Under the pieces are notes generated by a model, which worked only from the letters and a program-made list of their open reading frames with translations, did no database searches and was not told the DNA's origin. A program made the position numbers and the translations under genes. A stretch of DNA of 63,175 nucleotides, counting the filler, from Trichosphaerium sp. ATCC 40318 (Eukaryota; Protista; Tubulinea), in assembly GCA_038496445.1 (NCBI GenBank). It is 3 parts of 3 records of this genome, joined end to end, with 100 filler letters (N's around TTAATTAATTAA, not from the genome) between each part and the next. Parts side by side here need not be neighbours in the genome. Positions count along the whole stretch, not along the records: positions 44,958 to 63,175 come from JALMLS010000008.1; 2 more parts are not named here. One strand, 5' to 3'. This document shows positions 54,839 through 63,175 of this stretch, one piece after another; within the stretch, counting starts at the first letter, position 1, and each line of letters opens with the position of its first letter.

Positions 54839-55235
54839 CACGTGATTGAACTTATAAACCAAAGTTACAATAAAAATAGTCACTTTTCTTCCCTTAAGTG
54901 ACGCAGTGAGCTATGTAAGTGGCTATTGAATGAATGCAATCAAATAGAACGATAACAACGGTAGTACATCATAAAGTAAGCAAGAAGGAGAACGCAAGAG
55001 TAGTATGCCAATTCTTCCCATATCCGCTAAAAATGGTAAAAAGCAATCTAACACAAACTTGACTGATACAAAAATAAAATGCGATTCTGGTAGACAATAA
55101 TAAACACGTGTTAGTTTATTTATGATACAAAAAAAAATAACGAGCAATATTAGGCACGCTCTCAAACGCAATCCCATTTCGTAGCATCGATTAAACTCCA
55201 TTATCATTTCTCAGATACCCTTTGGTTGGCTGACG

Positions 55236-55808
55236 CTATAACGTATCACGCTGATCTGAATGACACGTTTGCAGGGCGTCCCTACATTCTTGAAGATCTT
55301 CACCATTTTCGTTACAATCATTGTACTCTTTAGTACAAGTATGTTGTAGTGCAGGGTCTGAGGTATGATGTGGCGCTGATTTTGAGTCACAGTCTTTTTG
55401 GCAATCTTTAAAATCGCGCAAACATTGCTTTCTACCATCAACAGTACTTGATTTAAAACACGCTTGGAAGTTGTGTCGGCATCTGACGAACCAGTTGATA
55501 TCTGAGTCTTCAGATGTTACCACATCGTTTGGTTGATATGTCAGCGTATCTGTAGGCTTATCTGTTTGGTCTTGGCTACAAGCTACAACGCACATGTTGC
55601 GAATTGTTATTCTTTGCGCACTAGAAGCACCAGAAGCAAGGATAGCCATACAATCATCTATACAAGGAGTACTAGTTTCTCGGCACTACATTAAAGAGTA
55701 AATTCAACATCGGGTCCTATTTTCAATTGCTATTGTTACCGTACGAAAGAATACAACGCAAGTAAGGATAATACCAGTGAAAGAAAGTACTAGCGATAAC
55801 TGATTCAT
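55236..55808 (-). CDS. Small secreted Cys-rich helical protein
   Basis: Signal MNQLSLVLSFTGIILTCVVF, one intron, three modules with C-x6-C...C-x6-C-like spacing. Confidence 0.7.
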
Positions 55809-58800
55809 AGGTTTTCAGTTCTATATAACGTTGTCTCCCCACCACAGACTAAGTGAATACAAAGTGAGGTCTTAATGTTGTAAAACAGGTTTTTAAGCTT
55901 GTACTGCACGCGCCAGTCTGAGAAAATGTCCATTGTGAATTGGCTTCGTAAATGATGCATTCAACCACAACAGCGAAAGACACACTTATATAAACTAGAC
56001 TAACCAACAACCCCCAAAAAGGTGGCGTGAAAATCACGTGTTTAAGCGAGATTTTCCAACTTTCAAAAAATACGACGTGGCGTGATTTGAATAATATTTC
56101 TCCGCTCGGGTATGAAACTATCTTTCAGTGTTTGTGCGTCAATAGCCCATGTATCAGTCGTAGGTACGTTTTTTGGTGGCGTTTTAGTTTTTTTGCCCAA
56201 TTGCTTTTATGTTCACGCGTCAACGTACAAGGCTAATATTTAATCATTAGATAATAGAATAATTTTTTTGTAGCTTTATCTTCAGTATATTTAATTCGCT
56301 TCTGTGTAGTCTGAGACTGAGATTTTTTTTTCCCAAATGAAGTATTTCGAGCGAACTAGAATTTATTTTTAGACGGATGTCTAGCCTGTTGCTACCTGAA
56401 AATGTTTGTATCACTTCACTAGATTTCACGTTATGTTATTGTAATACTACAAAAAAAGGGCACGCTAGACACAGCCGCATTCTCCTACTGTTGGTATTAT
56501 AGCGCCAGTTTTTCCTTTGGTACTTCCATTGTGAGTGAACCTACTTCGCTGTATGTGAACCAACCAACATTTTATTGGCGCTTTGCGTCAACACGTGATT
56601 TTGAAAAACTTAAGACTATGCACAGCATGGAACTTCTAGCTGCATTAACCTGATATCGGGTTTTTGCTGAATGACACAATGTGGAGAGAAAAGATCAATA
56701 TCCTTACCAGCAAAAGCTACACCATGTGATCATTATAGACCGAGCTAAAAAACCGATTTAAACGCCCAACAAGTTATTATCTTTGCTTGTGTACATACAA
56801 ACGAAACAATGGGTCAGTTTGTTCTTTCCCTGTTGTCTTCTTATTAATACGCATCTGGTAGGATAGAATTGGCTATTTAACAGAGTGAAGATATTTCTTG
56901 CTGATCTAACAAGTGTTCTTCTGAAGGTAGAAACCTTTCGTATGCTGTAAGGACGTACCCCTTGTAAAGTTTGTGAGTGTACTCCAACCAACACTTGTTC
57001 TGGCTTGTGGTTTGATGTGGAACTACTCTTGCTTGCCCAGCAGGCCAAGAATGTGAAAATCTGTACGGATCAACCAAAACCTTTCGGTCGTTTTCGATTA
57101 GCACAAAGTCGTATTAGACCTGACCCACTCATACCTAGGAATGCGATGAACTTGTACAACAAGAAATATCGATTGTGGTGGTGTTATTGAATGTCTCGGA
57201 TATGTTTGTGGTGCTTTTGTAAGCGGCGAAATGTGTTCAAACTTGCCAATGTGTCACATGAAGGATTACGCTCAAGCAACATGTGATCTTTCTGGATCAT
57301 CTCCATAATGTAAATGTGTAATTGAAAACGAAGGAGATGGGAAAGAGACTGCAAACCAAATACATATCAATGAGAGGCTGTTGTTTAAACTTCTCAGCCG
57401 CTAATTGGGCCAGTTTTGCAGTTACATGTTCGTTACTTTTTAGAAATTTAAAAACTTAGATTTATTGAACCACATTATTAAGCAGTACAGATACAAACTC
57501 GTTTGTAGACAAAAATAAAGAGAAACTTCCCAAAAAGTGCTATCAAGAATTCTATTGATTTCGAACGCAAGGATTAATTAACTTTCTTATTTTGACGAAT
57601 GCTTATAGTGGTCAAGGTTATGCTATCGTAAACGAATTTTTACTGAAGAGTTACCGCTTGAGTTTGTTGGCATTGCTGCCATAGCTGTAGTTGACAAAGA
57701 AAGGAGATGTCATTTGATTTAAGCTGTGATTTCTTTATATTATAGGCAGGCGCTAGGCCTGTACCCTCTTTATTTTTCAAAAGAGAGCAAGAGACGTTCA
57801 ACATGCCTATGCATTCGAACAACTTCCATTGACCCAATGTTCGCGGCTAAAAAAATAGAACGTCTCTCAGTTCTTGGGTGACCGTGAAGTCATATTTCAA
57901 AGAAGTTACTTTTAATCTCTACAAACAGTTTAATGTACACCTGTTTTGATAAAAAAAGTATGGAACATACATCTCAATTATCTTGTAATCATATATTCAT
58001 TGAGGTGTTTATTGTAGGCATTTAAAACGGCAGATTTTGTTGACATGTATCATCCTTAATTTTTGTCAGTTTTCTATCACCCAGAAATATTTTCCTGTTC
58101 CCTATTGATCCTCCTTACCTCCCTTTCAGGTGCGTATTACGTATATTCAGACACGTTTGTAAGTCTAAAGTCGTTATTTCGTGCAAAAACGCTTTGAAAG
58201 TTCTGAATGATAAGAAACAGCTTTTGAACTGTTTTTCACTGAATGTACTCACTTCACAGTACTGTCTTTGCTTTAAACTTCTCTGGCTTTATAATAAAAG
58301 CTACCTGAGAAGGTTTTATAACAAAGACACTGACTATGCAAGGACTACACGTGACCCAAATTGTTATAAGTTAAAACGACACGACACTGAACAGGCAAAT
58401 GAAAATAATTGAAACACTGTTTAGCAATAATTTGTAATTCGATCCATTACTAGAAATTCATTGGGTCTATTATGCTTTACCAACTTCAAAACAAAAGTCT
58501 GGGCATGTCTGAGTAAAAACTCTAAGGGTGCATAAAACCTTGGAGAATCACCAATTGAATACACATGAACCTCTACCCTTGTTCTTTACATGAACTTGTT
58601 TTATGTCCTACCATACTTGTTAGAAATCCAAGTCCACTCCCTCAACTCACTAAAGCATGTCTGAACTCTTTTATTACAAGCATCCTACAAACCCCATTGA
58701 ACTTTTCTTAGTGTGCATGAACGAAGCAACTAGACCGCTAACTTTTTCGCATCAGTTCGTACAACGTGGTACAGAGTTTATGCTCCCCTACCAGCAGTAA

Positions 58801-58952
58801 ATAATTGCTAACGATACTAATATATACACGTGACGCTTTTATTTTTGAGAATTTAACAAACAAGAAATAAAGGAAGGAGTAGATGCTTGTACAATTGTTC
58901 TAATTTACTATTCTTTTTTTTTTTTACGGTTTTTTTTTTTGCTTGTTTTGAC

Positions 58953-60497
58953 TTACGAGAGGTATGATGTCAATTGTATTAACTGGTTCATATTAATAGT
59001 TATCCAACCACTTCTATTCTTGTCATTATACTCAAACATTGATCTACAGTGTGCAATATGCGCCGCAAACTAGATAAAAGTGTTAAAACAGAAAGTGAGA
59101 AAAAAATGAGAATGGTACAGTCAGTAGAATGTTCAAAAAATAACCTTACCATTAAGAATTCATTCCAAGATAATCCTGTACGAGATGTATCATATTTATG
59201 AAGTAATTCAAGAGTAGTATCAAGCGTAACAAATCCAAAACCAGCCTACAAAAAAAAATTAACAAAAAACACTCAAAACTTGACTTGTCATCAATTTCTT
59301 TGAATACATCCAGCACAAAACACGTGTATAGAAAAAAATAAAATTCTGGTTTTCTTACAAAGTGGATTTGAAGAAACAGGCTGTCTATGACCAACAAACT
59401 GTAAAGAAAAAAAAACAAACAAAACTCACATTGTTCAAAGCGGAATGAATCTCTCTTGCTTCAATCCTACCGGAACGATCCGCATCCGCTGTAATAAAGG
59501 CTGTACGCATCCTGTTTATGAATTGATGCATAGAAGCATACTCCTACAAGTAGCATAAGCAAACGAACGTGCAAGAACAACTGTTCCGTAAGAAAAGCAT
59601 CTGTTTTACAACACGTACTGGAAAGTCTATTGCACCATTTCTATCCTTGTCAAATACTTTAACGAGCTTTGCAGCAGCTACAGTACCAAGCTGAACGCCA
59701 TTGAACGTAACTAACAGCGTTAACAAGAGTTTACAATGGCGGTTAAGTCAAAAAAGGCAATACTGGTTTGTTTGAGTTTGAAGTAACGAAACCAGTTATC
59801 AATGTGGGTTTTTAGGGCGTTTGATGAAATACGCGGACAAATAGCTTGTTTGATTTATATTTTACCTTGTTGTAGTTCGTGTACTTCTATTGTACCACTG
59901 CGATCCCGATCTACACTATTAAACCTTCAAACAATGGTTAGTTTCGTTAAATGTGTATGCACCTAATAAAATGCACTATTGACTAGCGAAGAGTCGTTTA
60001 TGATGATTTATAGTGCGATTTTCGTAATTCCAAAACGCACCATGCTTGTAATGTTTGTATTTGTTGTGGTGAAAGCTGGCGGTACAGATCTTGGGTCTAA
60101 ACTGGCGGTTAGCGCTAAATTAATTACTTTAAACCCTAGAAAGTTAGGAAAACGTTAAATGATGTACCCAAGATTGCTGTGATGGCGCTGGGGCTGGAGC
60201 TTGTGGTGTATATGACGGTTGTGATGAATAAGACGGGGTATGGCCGGGATGTTGTGGAGGATACGTTGTTCCAGGAGCTGGACGCGATGAGTAGCTTGGT
60301 GTGTAACTAGGTGATTGTTGCGGTGCAGCATAACTTGGCGTTTGTTGTGGTGCTCCATAACTTTGCTGAGGCGCAGCGGCATAACTAGGTGCCTGTTGTG
60401 GTGCTCTGTAACTTGGTGTTTGTTGTGGATTTGACGCATAACTTTGCGTTCTCTGCGGTTGTGGGTATGAACCTGGATTATAACCTCCGTAAGACAT
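58953..60497 (-). CDS. Penta-EF-hand protein (peflin/ALG-2 family)
   Basis: Y/P/Q-rich N-terminus; EF loops DRDRSGTIE, DKDRNGAID, DADRSGRIE and DKNRSGWIT. Confidence 0.88.
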
Positions 60498-60596
60498 TGT
60501 TGTTATTTTCTAACAGTATATTTTTAATTAAAGTTACACAAACTCAGTTATTGCCGAAAAGTCAACGTAAGTAGATTACGTGAAAAAACAAATCAG

Positions 60597-63067
60597 TCAG
60601 TTTTCTTTTTTGTTGTTCGCATAGATTACGGTCCAGTATGTTATTTATAATGATCGCGTGTCTTTGAATCGAAGGTACTTTGATTGCACTTGTTGTAGTG
60701 CATCAAACCAATCTTCTCTGTCTTTGTTTGATTCTGCAGCAAGTACGAAAACATTTGCACCAAAGAGAACTTCGAAAGGATATTCTTTTTTCTCTGGGCC
60801 GAGCTAACACGAACATTAAAATGATTTATCACGTGATAAATATTTTTTACCTTGTTTAAGGCAAAACCGTTATGAATTGGAATGAATCTGATAGCCTAAG
60901 TACAAACTGAGATCAAAATACGATAAAAGGTAGTTTTTTGTTGTTTTCTTACCTCGTCTGAAACCCATGCAAATCTATTCTTCTTTAGGATAAAATAACG
61001 TTTATGCCATCTTGTGAATACTCCAGTATTCTTTTTGAACATGTAACCTTCCTTAATTGAATCACCAATCATGGCTGCCTTGACGAAACTACGAAACCAC
61101 TGTTAAAAAACTCGTAGTGTAAATTACAACAACGCGCGTACTTGTAGAAATAGTAACCATCATCAAATGCTCTTGCTTTTGCACTATGTTGAAACATACC
61201 TTTGTCCTATCGAATAATATGAGAGGCATAAAGTCATAATAATTTAGAAAAGAACAACACGTGTGGTAAGCAGCACTTACCATAATTTGTTGGCCAAGGA
61301 TTTGACCTCCTTTTCGATATGTAAGTTGAAGTGCTTTCATTAACCATCCTACAAGTTCTGATCCAATAAATGCACTTGGATATGTTTTACCATGGTAATC
61401 TCTATCTTCTATACTCACACCTGTAACTGGATCAAGCATACGCTGAACAATATCTGTCAACTACAAAACAAAAAACAGATGTTAGCGCAAGTTCACACAG
61501 AGTGTTATTCTTACCGCTTCTGGATCATTTATATCTCTTGCTTGTCCATTAGTCCATGTACCAGGAGCTCTAGCTATAGCCTTTGATTTACGAGCGGACT
61601 GGGTTAAAACAGAGTGTCAGAGTTCACATGAATGTAAAAATTATCTCAGTGTACCAATGCATTTAGGAAAATCTCTGCAACGGTCTTGTACGGATCATTA
61701 GCTTGTAAACATTTCCCAAATACCTAACTAATTCAGTGTACTTACGGCAATGTCAACTTACCTTTCCAGCCTTACTTGCGCTGTTTGTGAAGTAATACAT
61801 GTAACCAAGCAACACAAGCTCTTGAACAGAAGCTAAAAACTGAATTAATAGAGAGTACTAGACTTTTGTTATGTCTTTATTGAATACCTGATGGGTCATC
61901 TAGTACTTGTTCTAATTTGTTAACACAGTCTTTAGGGATGTTCAAATTTGTGGTGAGATTAAAGTCAAACGCTACAAAAGAAGGAAATAATTTCATCCCT
62001 CTTGAAATGCTCTAGCACTGTTTAGCGATCTTTTTGGAGAAATTAGGCGTACTTCCCCTGCTTTTGTAAATTTCCCTTGAGCAAATAACGCGTTTCCTAG
62101 GCCAATGGGGGCCATCATATTCACTTCAAGTCCAAGTGCAGCTTCAGAGTTTTAGTGATAAATTTGGTATTGAAACGTTTTTTTTGTTACTACCTGTATT
62201 GGTATTATACTCCAGTTGAAATACTATATTAGATGCTCTTTTATAAGCTTGCTCAGCGCCTTTGAATACAGAGCACTTTTGATCGAAGTCAGGGAGAAGA
62301 GTTTTAATTGGTTTTTTTTTGTACCTTTAAGTACTTATCTCCTAATCGAACAAGGCCAGTGATTTTTTCGCGAAGTGTTTCGATATCATTACAAGCACAT
62401 TCCAGAATAAACATTAGAGAACAAGTAGCTAATCCAGGGTTCTGTTAAATAAGTTAAAATGTCAATTTCTTCAAACTAAAAACCTAACAAGTTCAGAACA
62501 TTCAATGCTCATTGTACCTTTGTAGGGTCGTCTACTTCCTCTTTTATCACCTTCAGGTTATTCTTTAATCTATTTATAACATCTTGAAATAAGATTAGCG
62601 CAAAAGAGCAACGTGTAGCAATTATTTCGAACGTTGAAATTAATCTTCTTTTTTTTTTGAACGTGCTTTTAGTTTCTGTCTGCATCTCCACTTTACTGAA
62701 CATTTCTAGCACCTTATCCACGGCATATTTTAAAACTGAGAATAGCAAGATCTGAGCATCTTCGCCAGTACTTGATGATTCTGTTGTAAACGACTAGATT
62801 TTTACAACATTAGTATTTTATCACGTGATTAACGCTAGGCGTGTTTATACGCGTACAGAATAAGATTGTAATTGGAGTGTATCTAAAACGCCATAAACAA
62901 AGCCTAGGTTAAGAGGGCACGTGTTTTTTCGAGCTTTGGCTAAATATCGCTTTAAAGCGCTTTCTTCGGGTTAATGTTAATACTACGTTGTAGTTGTCTA
63001 GTATTGTACTTGTATCACCAATAGAACCTAGTGTTTGGCTATCTACAGACTCTTCACGTGAAGACAT
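60597..63067 (-). CDS. Protein with helical/TPR-like region, DEP domain and PH domain
   Basis: DEP: GVSIEDRDYHGKTYPSAFIGSELVGWL...AFDDGYYFY. PH: KEGYMFKK..FTRWHKRYFILK...EDWFDALQQ. 3' end approximate. Confidence 0.8.
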
Positions 63068-63175
63068 GATTCTTCGAGTGTGTTTTTTTTGGTTTGGGAG
63101 AAAATTGAGTTAAGTATTCTCGTGCTTTTACGTAATTGTAAAATCCTGTAATTTAAGGTAATACTAGCCTACAAG

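Noticed and set aside
56250-58800. Coding-like fragments on the minus strand
   Set aside because: Frequent stops and no identifiable family; may be decayed genes or TEs but unsupported.

Overview
Compact, AT-rich, intron-dense eukaryotic DNA (introns mostly about 40-90 nt). The gene content points to an amoebozoan protist: a CblA-type SH2-RING ligase, a PBX-type TALE homeobox, a sedolisin and W-rich repeat proteins. The window is three contigs (1-18296, 18397-44857, 44958-63175) joined by artificial N-TTAATTAATTAA-N spacers, so synteny across the gaps is meaningless. About 30 spliced genes or pseudogenes were read by hand, plus two TIR DNA transposons with intact TSDs. Main findings: (1) a VIT-vWA (VWA5-type) protein carrying an inserted Rab5-like GTPase with permuted motif order G2-G3-G4-G5-G1, the P-loop coming last; (2) an intronless stand-alone protein with about 38 RNA Pol II CTD-like heptads and no polymerase body; (3) roughly tenfold over-representation of the palindrome CACGTG throughout, which is also inside the TSD of a hAT element; (4) an inverted pair of genes for a secreted 10-Cys prepropeptide plus a decayed third copy; (5) a GAR-less fibrillarin paralogue with an altered catalytic Lys. 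All exon boundaries and counts are manual and approximate; no database search was run.
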